A stretch of DNA of 64,000 nt, taken from Pavona decussata (Eukaryota). The notes beneath the pieces were generated by a model that did no database searches, was not told the origin of the DNA, and was given only the letters and a program-made list of their open reading frames with translations. Made by a program: the position numbers and the translations under genes. The stretch is taken from positions 1,426,001-1,490,000 of the forward strand of contig CDRNST010000011.1 in NCBI GenBank assembly GCA_977016875.1, written 5' to 3'. Of this stretch, positions 1 to 15,100 are shown one piece after another; positions within the stretch are counted from its first letter, which is position 1; the number at the start of each line of letters is the position of its first letter.

Positions 1-255
1 CGAACAAAATTAATCCGTAGTGTATTATCAATTATCCAATTTAAATTTTGTATCTCTTAGCTGGCGGGACCTGTGGTCGCGCCGGGATAATTCTTGTTTT
101 CAGGGCCTCAGACGGTCAGAGAGTAACTGAGATTACTGGAGACAAGAATGATTGGATTTCGTTTGGTAAACTATTTCCGCGGGGAAAGAAAATGAGCGAC
201 CGTGACCGCGTTAGAAGGAAATAAGAGTGCTAGTAAATTTAGGCCTGGTGGCGAG

Positions 256-505
256 TTACATGTGCAACGCGCCTTACCGTGGCCACCCAACAAACTATTT
301 TTTACAAGCTAGCCAATCAGGATATCTTCCTCCTTGTTCATAAAATACAAAACGACATGTTTTCAATAATTTGTTGTTGCGTCACTTGTCTGTTGGACTG
401 TGCAAGGAAGCGTGACCGTTAACCAAATTCGCGTATCCTGATTAACTCACTTGTAAAAAAAGTTCAGTGTTGGATGTCCACGGTAAGGCGCGTCGCACTG
501 TAAAC
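256..505. mobile_element. MITE with long imperfect terminal inverted repeats
   Basis: tgcaacgcgccttaccgtggccacccaaca..tacaag..aatcaggata is inverted as tatcctgatt..cttgta..tgttggatgtccacggtaaggcgcgtcgca. Confidence 0.7.
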
Positions 506-619
506 TATTCAAATAACAGGAGTTCGTTCAAATGAGAGTACTTTTTCGTCAGTTGCTGTTTGCCATGCTGGCCTTTGGTGATGTGGATGGAATAAGAATT
601 TTTTTTCTCCTGGTTTTAA

Positions 620-1001
620 AGGGACAATATCACGCTATTTATAGTAACACATTGAAAATCGGAAAGACGCTATTCGGTTGATAGCAGCCAAGATATAATG
701 ACAAAATGCCATTAAAGACCATCCGAATGCAAAGAAACTATCCACGGATATTTTCGCCGGCAGATGACCAAGATAGAGAGGGGTTCAAATTTGAAAAAGT
801 CTGGCGGACGTTTTCAAATTTCGCTGTTGTAACGCACTAAAAATCGCCGGTTGTACTATATTTTGGTTCAACCTTTCGTCTTAGAATCACTATTAATATT
901 TCTTTAAATTAGCGATTGAGAAATTTATTAACACGGTGTTCAAGGTTTAAATTTAGTGAATTTTGGCCAAAAATCATGATATCTCCCATGACACTGCCCC
1001 T
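620..1001. mobile_element. Kolobok-like MITE (TTAA target duplication, AG...CT ends)
   Basis: ttaa|agggacaatatcacg ... catgacactgcccct|ttaa. Confidence 0.65.
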
Positions 1002-1079
1002 TTAAGTTATGAAAAAGTTCTCGGAAGAGAAAACGTTTAAAGTGAATTGTGAAAAACAAGTTTCACAACTTAAACTGAC

Positions 1080-1569
1080 TACAGAAAAAACCTGCATATA
1101 AGAACCTCATTTTTAGAACCTTTTAGGCTAAGATTTACATTTAGACCCCTTTAAATAAGAACCTGTTTTAGCCTAAAATTTGAAACAGGTTTCTCTTTTA
1201 TAGAATTCATAAATCAAATAAAACAAGCCCTAATGGGCAGTGAAAATAAGCCAAATCCTTTGCAATATCTTTTCAGATACACAGCTAACTGCACAAATAT
1301 TTCCTTCTTATCAGTGAGGCAATGACAGTACAACTGTATAACATTACAACGGCGAGGGTTTCATACTGATTTCACACTGTCTTATTGAGACATGAATGTT
1401 TTACATAAACAATAGACAGTACCCTGAATATTCTTTCAGCAACAAAAAAACATTTTTTCTAAGAAAAAAAGAACCTGCTCAAGAACCCAAATAGCCTAAT
1501 TTCCCAGTAAACACCAATTATATAAAACATTTTGAGGCTAACTTGGAAAAGTGCAGGTTTTTATACGTA
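1080..1569. mobile_element. TA-flanked MITE (Tc1/mariner-like)
   Basis: tacagaaaaaacctgca ... tgcaggtttttatacgta, with internal aagaacc repeats. Confidence 0.55.
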
Positions 1570-2801
1570 GGTTAACGTTGCTACGGTATCGAGGAAGTTT
1601 TATGTGGCTGCAGGTTAGATTATTTTGCCGACCGCCCACTTCTTGTTACTCAATAATTTATTTTTATTTATTTGTTGGGCTTGGCCTTTGCCACTCAGGC
1701 AGGGGAGCCACTAAAGCAAGGGCCAATTACAGTGGTCCCCTTACATTACATTTAAAATAACACATAAAACATGGAGAACACTTACAGTTTATTATCAAAA
1801 AAGACTAGCATCAAACTGTGAGCGGCGTTGCCGTTTAGGGCAGATAGTCTTCCACGATCTTAGGAATTAAATTAAAAGATTAAAATAATGATAAATGCTG
1901 TAACACTTTTCTTTCAGTTGCACTATAAAATGCTTCCTTTTCCGCCATTCGTGGAAATAGTTCTAATAATTACACGTCGTTCAGAATTTCAAAGTTTGAA
2001 TAGCCAACATTTGTTCTTTTCCGTTTCGGTTTGCTTTGAATAATCGAGAATGGCTAGTTAATAGAAAGATATTACACGATAAAATGTTAAAGCTTTACTG
2101 CCTGAGGGGTCGTGTAAAATCTAACGCTAATGCTAACTGTAATTATTAAACCATAATTTACAATTCACAATTTATTCAAATGATTTAAAAACAGAAAATT
2201 AGTCGTAGACAAAGTCTCTATGAGCTGTAGAGGCTGACGGTTGATGCGAAAAAAAATCGCTTAATAGGACCTGCGCTCGCGGCTTGGACTTTTGCTGCTC
2301 GATGATCGCGCTATTCTCGTGGATTTTCAGATCTCACTCCTCGTCATCTTTGAAAGAAATGACTGCTCGCAGTTACTTCATGAAGTAATTCTAACAGCCT
2401 GCAATAGAGCGAGAGATTAAAATACCTAAGAAAATTCAACGAGTGACAAAGCAACGGCGTATACTCATACCAAAGACATGCATTTAATCATGAATAATAA
2501 AACACTCTTCAGTCTTCGGTCATGTCACAAACAGGATCGGGAAGCTGCAACTTTCAACTTTATCCACCGACTCGAAACGACGGACACGTGCACAGCCACA
2601 AGAGCACATTGACTGTTTATGAAATGGTCGCATGTATGGTTTGTCCCCTCTTTCCCCATAGAAAAATGCGTTAGCGAAGGTGGTTCGCTTTCAGAGAACC
2701 TGAACTAAAACCCCGAAATAATTGAAGAGAAACAAAAGGGACAAAACTTACAAAGAGTTGTGTAGGCGTGATTTTATTATGCGCGGTACCAGTCAATATT
2801 G

Positions 2802-2809
2802 TGACGTCA
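2802..2809. promoter_or_regulatory. Full CRE palindrome in the Caskin proximal promoter
   Basis: TGACGTCA about 325 bp upstream of the ATG, in a CpG-rich stretch. Confidence 0.4.
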
Positions 2810-3133
2810 TTTTCGCAGAACCGAGACAAGTTCTCGTGATCACGTCGTAAAATCGATTCAGTTCTCGAATGACTATTTACTTTGTATGTGACCGCTAAAT
2901 GAACAGAATAATTCAGTCTGGGTTTAAATTCCTATACTGTCTGACGTCTCTGCCGTTCTGAAAATGAACTAAAAGTATACGTTGGGCATTTGACTGGAAA
3001 TGTATCGTAAAATGGCCAGCTTTTGATTAATTAATGAGTGGACGAGTTCGAAGAAGCGCGCTAAGTCAGCTTGCAGCTGTTTCCGAAGTTATTAGTCACA
3101 CAGGTCTATGAAGAGCGATAAACATTGTATGTC

Positions 3134-6100
3134 ATGGCTAAAGACCAGGAATTACTTCAGGCGGTAAAATCCAACGACCTTGGAGCATTCAGGAAGCTAG
3201 CGACAAAGATCAAAGCGGCTAAAACAAGTGAGTAATACAAGATTTATTGAAAGAACTTTGATTACAGACTATAAAACAACTTTGCTTGCGCTTTTACACG
3301 TGAAGTGAAAATGTTTTGTAGAAAGCGCAATGAATTTTAGTTTAATGAGGATCTTAATTGAGGTTCTTATGCCGTCAGGGTATAAGCAGAATAAACATTT
3401 AACGTGGCTTTTGAATTAACGTCAATTGTGCTTTGCTTTGTTTCGCAAGAGTAGCTTTCTCCCTCGCGTGTCTAGTAGGTGATGAAAGGTCAGCATTTTA
3501 CTGATTCAGTTATTTACTTTTCAAAATTCTGAACAAAATGCCTATTTCTAGTCTGAAGAGAAGAGTAATTTGACTTCTTTAAGAAAAGCAAACTCTGTAG
3601 AAAAATTTCCAAAAGCAAAAACAATGAAGAAATTGCGCGCGAGCATAGCTAGAAATCTTTATCCGAAAATAATTATATTAGCAAGAATTCGAATTCGGGG
3701 ATCGGAAACATTTATAAGCAATTCAGCTTGTGTTTATTATTTTAAAGATTTTAAAGATTGTGAGAAGATATTGTATCCGGATGTTGTCTGCATACTAAAA
3801 GCACATTATGTTAATTTCCAGGTCAAACATTTACACTTTGGCATAGATAAAATTCAATACAGCACGCGTATTTTGCTTGAAACTATAAGAAGAGACAGTG
3901 AAGTATTGGAAGAAAGATAAATCCAGAGATAACCCATTCACTGAATGTTTTCTTGTTCTCACTTTTTGCTATCAAGTGTATAAATAACGAGATAGATAAA
4001 AGTAATTTCTATTTATTTTTCTTCAAAAATTCACTGGATATCAACATTGTTTACAAATAGCTCATCGGGCTCCGACAGTCGAATTGACTTATTAATTTTT
4101 TGATTTTCCTAAATTATTTAAAACATTCTTGCTTTTCAAGTTCTATTATTGATATCAACAGTAAGGTTCTTTTTAATTTCTTCATCATTTAAGCTAAATA
4201 AATTAAATTTGGATACCCAGACAAGTTACAATGTATACTGTCAAATTTTTGTTTTCATATGATGTGAAGCCACAATGAAGCTCCTTCTTATATTTGTGGT
4301 CAACACATCAGTGTCACACATTTTCAAGGAAAATTTCATGATTAATATATTGCTTCGATTTAGAAATATTTATTAATAATTTTCTTAAAACTTTTTTCTC
4401 GACAACGTTGTCCTGAAGTCTAATGTATTGAGCCAGAAATTGCACTAGTTGTTCTTTAAAGTTACTATTTAACTCTTCTGTTTCTGAATCTTCTACATGC
4501 AAGCAAACCCATGTTATCATACAATCATGTATTTGATGAAACCAAGAATTGTGTAAGAGCAAGAGGAAAGTCTTGCATCAAGAGAATTTTTTAAACAAAA
4601 CTATTTTAAAGAAAGTCTGTCTGAATCACTCTCAATAGTACTCTCAAGACTCAACTTTCTCAAAATTGGTGATTTGTTGCTTTCAGTCCAATTTTATTTT
4701 CCCTTTATTTACACTGGTGTTAAATAAGACTCTCTTTGTAGGCGAAGAATCCCTGTCTTGGATGCCTGATACTTCAGTCCCTCATACTGCTCGCTTCTGC
4801 TATACATGGCAGGGGTTTCAAGAAGAGCCGGCAACCGGTGAAATTCGTAGTCTATGTGAAGCGAATTGACCTATATTTGCAACCTACTTTCGCCCAAATT
4901 ATAACATAAGAGTAAAAATCGAACTTCCATTAGCTGCCTGCTTTGCAGTTTTTGCCATCTGCTTAAAAACTTATTCAAACCCCTGCATGGGCTGAAGACT
5001 TGTTTATAGTTTCAAACTTGACTGAAAAGATTTTTATAAAATCACTTTATTTCTAATATATAAGATTATTGTAACATACCTAGTTTAAAGAAAAAAAAAA
5101 GATTATGTGACATTAAAAATCTTGGGATCTTGGGCTTGTTGCAGTTCATTTTAGAATTGAAAACTTTTTAGAATTTTTTGTTTTGTTCAGAGTATTCTAT
5201 TGGAAGATAATTTTGATGTCAGCAGTAGTCTCTTTCAGCCAGTAAAGACTTTTGGACTTTGGTACAAAGTCTTTAGTTAGTAATAAATTCTTTGACCAAA
5301 AAGACTCAAAGTACATGTACATGTAGATCTCTCAAAGGAGGAAAAGGTCAATGGTGATGTTTATCTTAAGTTTCAAGAATTGACAAATAGACTCTTAAGA
5401 TGGGAGTGTTAACATGTGGGTTTAGGATGCAAAGAAGCAGGAAGAAGGGAGGGGGGGAGGGAGGGAGGGAAGGGAACGTGTGGGTTTACATGTAGGTGCA
5501 TAAGAAGCAGGAAGAAGGGAGGGGGAGGTGGGTGGTTCAGGTTTACATACATGTAGGCTCAAGCTCTCAACCCCGTAATTAAATTATCAGAGGAAGTACT
5601 GAAATATCTGATTGTTTGCTCGCCTCCCAACCTCCTTAACTATGTTATTATTTGATGTCAGAAGTTCACCCTCCCCCCTAAAAATAATCAAATTTGTTTT
5701 TACGCCTGCTTGACGTGTTAGTGTTGGGGGAAGAGCTGGATTGATTGATTGAATGATTGGATATCACTTGTGATATTATTGACAGTATGGATATTGGATA
5801 CTAATTACATTTAGCATTGATAAAACCATTTGCGAGTTGAGTTGAAGACCAAATAAGGATAATTTGTTGCAATACGTTGGTGTTTATACAGCGTATTCAC
5901 CAATATCATGAGCACCAATATTTTAGTTCTAGTATTACAAACTTAAAGTTGAGTATTTATAGCAGCAGTGTGTGTACTTGGCTTAAGCAGATATTTATTA
6001 TTAGAAGTACATGTAGAGGTCATCAAAATTTAAATATTTGTATTTGTTGTTGAATTTTTATTAAAAATACATTCTTTTTTTGTCAGAAAAAGGTGGCAAG

Positions 6101-9100
6101 AAATACAATGTCAACATCCAAGATGAAGATGGGTATGTTCTATATTTTAATAGTTTTCCAGTTATTTCAATAATGAAAGCATTTTGTATATTGACAATCA
6201 TCTCAGAAGGAGAATGCACAGGTTCTACAAAAGTGTTTTTAAATTAATGCTCTAAGCCTTGGTATCAACTTGTATGTTCTCCTTACTGTTTGCTGTTGAG
6301 CAAATTGACGCCAGTTTTCTATGGTCTATACCATAAAGTGACGTCAAAAAATGTTCAAAACTCAATGGCGAGTGGTTTCACTGCCAAGTTTTGAATATTT
6401 TATGGCGTCATTTTATGGTCTATAAGAGTATAGACAGTCATTGTAGAAAACTGCTGACGTTTTGTTTTTTTACAATAACATGGAAAAAGTAAACATTGGC
6501 TTTATTTTCTGTTGAGAAAGTGCACGCATTACGTCTGACGCAATTTTTATTGTCTTACTCTGTTCTCTTACAGATGATAGCTACAAGCCAATTATTGCAC
6601 GGGAATTTTGACAGTTGTTGTAAAAATAAAAATTCTGTCTTAGGGTACTAGTTGATAGAATATTTTTAAACATCAAGACAATTTATTTGAGAATCATTTC
6701 CTTTAATTTCATGACCTGATCAATATTTGATCAATTAGTAATATTGAAATACCTAAGTTTTTTTTGTAAGAAATTATAAGACTGAGATACAAAAGCTGAG
6801 TGGCATATATCCCTTGTCCTCTAATGAAGAGGACTTTTCATAAATCCCTGGATGGTCAAATCCAGCTTGAGTGATATTTTTTTTCTTTTGACAGTTTTAC
6901 AGCTTCCCATCATGCATCTCTCACTGGCAGCAGTGAAGTTGTGATAAGTCTTATTGAATTGGAGAGTGACATCAATGCTAGAGACCACAAAGGTGATAAA
7001 TGTTGTGGCTGGTTTAACTACATTGTAATGTAATTCAGCTTCTCATTAAGGCATATCAATACAACATTTAAAAATAGCTATTCCAACAACACACATCTGA
7101 TATGAGTTATCTGATCATCCCATAATTGTTACATAAGCTGGAATCTTCTTTATTAGGTACACTTGGATGTACCCGAGATATCACCTTGTCTCAAAAAGTT
7201 TTAATTCATAGATCCTATGCAAATATGGCTGACATTTCAATGTTCTTTTGTCTGCATTCAAATTAGACTCACTAGTCTCGTTCTCGAGTTCAAAAATCAA
7301 AAGAATATTTTCCTTGAACGAGGCTAGTGAGGCTAATTAGAATATCAAAATGTCAGCCATTTTTGCATAAGGTGTATTGAAACACTATCCTGTTTTAACT
7401 TATTTCATTAAAAGTAGGCTGACTGAAAACAGACTGACAAGTATTATTAAGCCAGACTGGCCAATAAATACTGACCAATATGTGTAATGTACAATTTAAC
7501 TCTTTTAAGTCCTCTTATGTGTGACTCACAATAATGTAATTATATGAGCAATCATATCAGCAACCAAGGAGATACAACATGCAAGGTCAAAATATTTTTT
7601 ACCTTGTTTATGTAAGTTCAACTCAATATCATCATCAACAAACAACATTGTAGAAGAAGCTGTTGATCTCATGTAGTTTTGCATACACAGGCATGTCACC
7701 ACTGCATTTAGCTGCATGGTCTGGAAATGTTGAAGTAGCACGGATATTTGTGGAGGCTGGTGCGAATGTTAATGCAAGTTCAGACAATGGAGATACACCT
7801 CTTATTTTAGCATGCCAACATGGCAATTCTGATGTGGTATGTGAAAAGTACTACTAATTAAAAATGTCTAATGATATTTTGCCCAAGTATACACTGCACT
7901 TTTGAATTACAGTACATGTACACCTGTCTCTGCACCCCAGATTTAAGATTTGGCATGTATTAAATAAATGCAGCTGAAACCCTGCAATGTAGCAATCTAT
8001 TCACTCCAATTTGTAGAGAAATGATTTTTATGGAGGTTTAAAAGGCGTTGAGTATAGTACCGCTCAAAGTAAATTACTAGCCATGTCTAGTTTTGCACTA
8101 CATGATTTGCATAGCATGCAACTTGAGTCGCACAGTTCAAGAGTCGCTGAAGCTCACTAAATTTTGGGTTTACATGTAAATTGCAAATGACTTATCCTAC
8201 ACAAAACAAATTAATTGCATGGCAGCTTCTCAGTGAAGTCAATAAGTGAGTGAAGGTTAAAAAAAGCAAAGTGTGTTTTGCTTAGTTTTTTTGTTTGTTT
8301 GAATGGCTGTTAAATTTAAATTCAAAAATTCTGTGTCATGGTGACAGTGAAGAATTCAATTTATGTGTAAATGAAATGGCAGCTGGAACAAGAAAACATG
8401 GTCATTGTAGAGAGGTGGCAGTGTTATTGACGGGTGGTTGATAGTTAAGACTCAACTTAATATTTGCTTAATATTGACTCATAATGGGAAACGAGTTCTT
8501 TTGGGGAAGGTAATTTTATCTACAGTACATACACAGCTACAGCTCAAAGGCCACATTCAAACAGTTTTCTTTTGACTAAGGTTATTGTAATGTTATTTAG
8601 ATAAGCTACAACTGTAAAGACCTGTATGTAAATTTCTAACTTAAATTCTCTTTTCACTTTCATTGTACTTTAATTTGTACAATTTGAAGCAAAAGTTAGT
8701 GAGTTGCGAAGCATCACGAGCATCTAAAGAATCAAGCTTCTCTTATATGCCTCGCTGCATATTTATTCGTAGCAGCATATTATTGATATTGTAGTACCTA
8801 GTTTTAACCTTTGTAGTTTTCCAGTTTTATTTAGTTTTTTGCAGAGGGCCATAAGTTCATTACTGTTATTCAATATGTAGTGAGCAGCCTCTTTAAATAA
8901 AGGATTTACTTACTTACCTAAATGTACTTAGCAGTATGAAGTGTTAACCTTGAAAAAGATGTTATGCCTGTTGTTCCTGCAAAAAGTGTGTTTACATACA
9001 TGTAAAGTCCTTTAGTCCTTTAGTCCTTTAATTCTCATAAAAGAAATGACTCTTTGCATTTACAGGCTGATGTACTACTAGACAGGGGCTGTAATTCATG

Positions 9101-12100
9101 GAGTACAAACAAGAGTGGAGAATCTGCTTTGGACCTTGCTTGCAGATTTGGACATGTGCATGTATGTACTGGGTCTTTAATTTAAGTTCTACATCAGCCT
9201 TTACGTTGGACTCTTGTTCCCATCCACTCCCCTCCTGTACCCTCCCCCCCCTCCCCTCATTTCACCCACAGAAATGACTGTAGGATTTCCTCTCCGTCTG
9301 GGCCTTCCCTTTGTGGGAAAAAGGCAGGTTTTTCGGTGAACCAAGTTTGTGTGTTATACACTGTATTTTCCCTTCTGGGCAGGTTGTTGAACTGCTTTTG
9401 AAGTCCAAAGAAGTTAAGAGCATTTTATCAAGTGGTGAACCACAGAAGACTGACCCGCCATTACACTTGGCTTCTAAGGCAGGTCATGTGGAAATAGTAA
9501 GGTAGGATTTTAAACGTAGAAAATCCCTGGCCAGTACTTTCTTCACTTATAAATAAATACAATATTTTAAGGACTATGTAAAGAACATGTATTTCTGAAC
9601 ATGTATGTTGTGGTTCAAAAATTGTTTTGGTTTAAATATTAAAAAAATTGTCAAACTAGTTTCATTTACATGTATTTTGTATTTTCCTTTGTCTCAGATT
9701 ATGGTAATGAATACTGCACAAAGGAAAATATAAATTGAACTGGTTTGAAAAATTTTAAACAAAAAAAATTTAAACCACATTAACATACACAGATAAAATT
9801 ATATGTACAGTTAAGTCTCTTATAAAGCACCTTTATGACTTTCTATTTTAATTAGTTTACATTATGGATACTATTTTAAGAATCTCTCATAAGCACCCAT
9901 CTTCTTTCAACAAGTACCATCTTGTAACCCCATTTCAACCTGGTACTTTTAAGTGACCTGATTCCTTCAGGAACCATCTTAGTGTAATTTAAAAGAACAA
10001 ATCCTCCTATCTTGTTCCCATACTTTTCTTATAGAACTTCTGGGAAAATTATTAAAATATCAAGAAATTCACCTTGGGTGATCATATCCTTAATTCTCAT
10101 GACCTCAGTGGTTGAATAAGCATTGATATTGCAAGGAGAAATTTGATGCTGATCACTCTAGGGCTTAAAGGGTTAAAATCAAGGGTGCTTACCATTTACG
10201 CAAGCCACCCGGATGGAAATTATCGGCATAAATACGAAATGATTTAGCTTGTGTTAACAGAAGATGGATAACATGCAAAATGTATGAACATCAGCTGTAA
10301 ATCCCAAAAGGAGTAATAAAAATGCATCACTTTGACCAGAAGCCCATAATTTCAGAAGTACTCCAAACGGAATTATGCGTACCATTTGATTTTCCAACTA
10401 GAATTTCCGGGTTTTCCATGTAAATGGTTAGCACCCCGGTTCTCAGTCAAACATTGTCATTCAGAAAAAGGGTCTGCTAAAGGAAAATCCTAAATACCAT
10501 CTTAAAGCAAACAACTTTCCTGTCTCCATGAAAGAGATTACAATTTATTCAGTAAATATCAGCATGGCATAAGTTCAAATATTATGTGTTTTCTTGACAG
10601 AATGCTGTTAGAAGCTGATGCAGACCTTAATCACGTGACAAGTAGGGGGACATGTTTACACGAAGCAGCTCTTTACGGCAAAACAGATGTGGTTAAGTTA
10701 CTCCTTGAGGTACGAAAATCTAATACTGCAACAGCGTTACATTCCTGGTGTTGTATCTTGCATAATTAATCAAAAAATTGATCTTGCTGGACTTTTGAAA
10801 ACGGGCCTGCTCAAGTCATGCTTGTTTGAGAGTGCAGTTAATGCCTTTTGTCATTCAAAATCTCCAAAGTTATGAATATAAAAACATTTGGTCATGTAGC
10901 CTTTTTTTTCTCTCTTCTTTCTTATATCATTCTGAACCTTCTTCCGGCCAAAAATACAAGTGTTTTGGTGTCATTTCATCAAGAGTGCTCAAGTTTTCAT
11001 CAGCAACGACCAAAAATTCAGCTAGCTAGAGATTTAATCCTACAAACCTGGGATGATTCTTGCTTAATAGAACCTTGTGCTATACAGAAATTCATTTTCA
11101 TTTGATAATGGGAGTATGTTGTTTAATTACTGCTTGCTGACTTGAACTCCTTGTGGAATTTCTCAAACAAGGTTTCTTTAATTAATTTTTAAAATTAATT
11201 AATTAATTAATTAAATTAGTTAAGTACTACAGTGTAATTAATCTATTGTTGTTTAAAAAACATGGCTCAATGGAAGAGCATGTAAATATGAATTGATACT
11301 ACATGTATAAATGAAGTTTACCTTCCTACCTACCTTTCAGTGAGTGCTTGAAATAACAACAGCCTATACTGTAGCCTGCAAGCAAGCTCTATTTAGGTCA
11401 ACTGTGGAAGACCAGTGCCCACCCCAATCCTCTTGCCACTCGCCCTATCCTTCCGCGGCAGACCTAAAGAGAGCTTGCTTGCAGGCTATCTAGACTGTAC
11501 AGTATCTATAAAGTTTGGTGATGTTAGTAGTGTAGGCGGGTTGTCCTTTTTAGTTTGTGTATGTCTGGGGAAAAGTTTCATGAAAGGTGTTTGTGGTTTC
11601 TGTTCACAAAAATGTTTTGGAAAAAAAGGCGTGTTCTCAGGTTTCATCTTTCTAGTGTGTGCTTGCCAATAGAGATATCCTTTGCTGCTGGCAATTTGTG
11701 AAAGAGGCACAAAGATAAAAACTTTATCAAATAAATTATTATTGCAGTTAGTTTGTTCAATCTGTGTCGAGAAAACATTCCTGGTCCTGTGTTTTATAAT
11801 ATATATTTGTACATGTACATGTAAGACCCTGGCCCTAGAGACAGCTCATAGAAAATCAACATAGAAATAGAAGAATGAATTGATTACAAAAGAGAAAATT
11901 GAAGGCTTGCTTGTTCATGTGGTTGATCTGATTGAAACCAAAGGTTTTGACTGAAAACTTGTGTTTATTTCAGTGGGGTATAGATTCCAGTGCCAGGAAT
12001 GATGAAGGTCACACCGCGCTTGATGTAGTAAATCTTTTCACAAGTTCCAAGGCATCCTCAGAAATTAAACACCTTTTAAAAGGTTAGTTTATTGCTTGTT

Positions 12101-15100
12101 GTTGTTATTATTATTATTATTATTATTATTTTTGAACTGAAATAGAGGAGTATACTGCAGATGTATACTTTTACGTCCAAACATGTGAAAACTTCCAAAG
12201 GGTGTACGTTGTGGTCCAAAGCGAGTTTATGTCAGTCAGCCTGATGAACTGCAGTGTAATTGGCGTTCAACAGACTAAACACATTAGCTTCTTTTTTTGA
12301 GCTGCTTATGAGTAGGTAGCCTGTTCAGTGTGGAATGCCTGTGGTCCCTCTCCCCAATACCCTCTCCTTTTGTTCTCTTACAATATTTTCCCTTGTGTTC
12401 TTTCTTTCCTACTCCTTCCCAGGATCTAAAAGATTGACCATTTTGATCTTGAGGCAGGTGGGGTTGGGCAATACGAAAAAAATATTCTGTAAAGCTTTTT
12501 CCGTAGAAAAAAATCGTGCACGGGATAACAAAGTGAGGGAATACCTTAAAAAGTAGTGAAATAAGTTCATACCAAGGTTTGAGTCACAAAAAATGTGGCA
12601 ACGGAAAAATGCCTGTAAACTTACCTATTAATTAACTGTTGAAAAAACCAAAGATTCGTTTCTACTCCCCACCGACGACGCAGCACCACAGCTTCTTTAG
12701 AAACTAACCCTCTTGTCTAGTCATTGACTGATAATTTGACTCATTTCAGACGCAGTTGCTGTTGATAGTACTGTCTATGCTAAAGCTGTTAGAGATCACT
12801 TCAACATGATGGATTCAAAAGCCCTGTCATTCAAGACTGGTGACACGATTATTGTAAGAGACACAGCATTTGTTGTTTACGAGCCTTTTTACTGACTTGT
12901 TATTCTGTTATAAATCCGAGGTGTACCCAAACCCTTAAGGTGGTTGGCAATGGTTTCCGTCACTTTCCATCACTTGTACTATGACGGATCAAAAATCTCT
13001 GTTTCTATAAATCGAAAACGGATGCCTGTGAGCAGTGCCTGATTCTCACACTCGTAGTTTTAATCTGGGTCTCTACTATTGGCGCTAACGTTATGTCACT
13101 GGTTTAAAAAAAGGTGAAACCGCAAAACAAACTCTTGGGATTGGAGCGCAAGAAATGACGGATAGTTGCGCTCACGTCATTGTGCACCACACGCGTTGAA
13201 TTATTTTCACTCTTTTAAAAGAATGTGATTACCCATACCGACACAATATTGTCCATATCACTGATAATGCGCACAAGTTTCAGTGGTGAGCGCAATATAC
13301 AGCTGTAACCTTCTATCAGGCCCAAGTTTAGCATCACTCTCTATTGTTCGTTCGCGTTCCCCGCGGGAATGGTTTACCCAGCGAAACGAAAATTGAGCCT
13401 GATCACATGTTAAGCGCAATATTGCATGCCATCATGCAACACGTGTCTGGGGCCTGTAATTTTCTTATTTTGCTGATTAATAAAAGAAAAAAGAGAACAC
13501 GTTTTATGCTTTTTTGTTATTTTGTTAGGTACTGGAACAAAACCAGAATGAAAGATGGAAAGGGAAGGTTACGAATGGAGAGGTTGGTTACCAGTGACCA
13601 GTTCTAAGTTTGTATTTAGCTGAATTTTTTTGCTTTATGTGTTTATTTTCCTCTGGTCGTCACGTTTTCCATGCTTTACATTGTGATTTAAGTGTAGCCT
13701 TCGTGGAAGGGGCTAGAAAGGGAGAAGGAAGAAGGGGAATCAGGCGCATGCGTACGACGGGCGAGGGGAGCGTGCGCACATTATTCCCCTTCTCCCTTCC
13801 CCTTTCTAGCGCCTTCCACGCAGGCTAGTTTAAACTTTGGATCGAGCTAATAGAGTTATTTACTTAATAGTCAATTGACCACAGTATCGCCTGGTGCAAA
13901 AATATATTTTTATATTAAACACTAGGGAAAAAGCAATCATTGGAAAAATCTAGTAAAAGGCAAAACGCCTCAACCGTCGAGGTGGGAGAGATTTTGGGTC
14001 GTAACCTGACTGTTGCGATTTGGATTGAAGTTCAAAGTTCAAAGTTCAACATTCCACATATCTTTTGTCTTTGATCTTTTATTGATTGGTTTCAATTTTT
14101 TTTATCATTTGGTGTGATCACTGCTTGTAGACCAGTAAAAGTTTCCTGGTTGTGTGTAGTGCGCTGTATAGTGCTCTACCCACTATGTCATCAGGCATGT
14201 AAGAATGAGTGAGTGCGTGAGTGAGTGTCCGTAAACAAACAGGTCCGCAGCGCGTGCACAGCACTACCCGCATGTACGCAATGCGTACCTATTTTTTTAG
14301 CTGGTCACGGAATCATGATTTCCGTGGTCATCCCGTCTCGTGATTCAATAGAGATAAATACGAAGCTCACCCCTCCCTCCTGGTCTTCGAGAAGAATACC
14401 TCAGCCTATGGGAAAATTGCTTACCGCGTGAAAACGCGAGTCGTATTTATATGTAGTCAAGGACTGCTTGTTCTCTAAGGCCGTCAAATGGTCTTGCACA
14501 CGTCCGTTGTCTTGTAATAGCTTTGTCCTCTTGATTCATTTCCCAGAAAGAAAAAGTTGGATTCTTCCCAGGCAACTTCGTTAGGATAACTTCACCGAGA
14601 CGAGGCTCTAATGGTTTGTATAGTCAGATTGTAACGATTTGTAGAAGGATTCTTTCTTTCTTTCGGCTAGGCTTTAATGTCTGACACAGAAAGAATGTTA
14701 CTTGTACCATTCGGCCGTGTATCAGTTTGTTCCAGTTTCTTTGAAATCAGACATTGGTCGGCATAATAGAGCGGTTTGCAACTGAGTGTCGTAAAACCAG
14801 AAGCATAGTAATTAATCTAGATCTGGCCAATCACAGCAGACGTAAACAGCGTGGTGAACCAAATAGAGTTTGAAGCAAAGAGACGTGACTGGCGTCAAGC
14901 GCGGGAAAACGCGTGCGACCAAGCCACGATTGATTTGGGTTTTGCTTCTCATTGGTTGAGAAAGTGGCGCGAGCTTTGCTAACCAATCACAGAGCTTGGT
15001 AAAGTAAAACCAAAGCAGAAACGAATTACTCTCCGTCGACACCAATTTAAAAACGGCTCTGTTGTTGAAAAACTAATTTAGACCAAAGAACTGAAAGCAG

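Noticed and set aside
2460-2760. Possible first exon of a gene divergent from Caskin (minus-strand ATGCATGTCTTTG|GTATGA)
   Set aside because: No downstream exons or recognisable protein in 1-2460, so it cannot be supported from this window.
3570-3920. 116-aa ORF in Caskin intron 1 and similar short intronic ORFs
   Set aside because: Non-ATG starts, AT-rich composition, and no domain or splice support.
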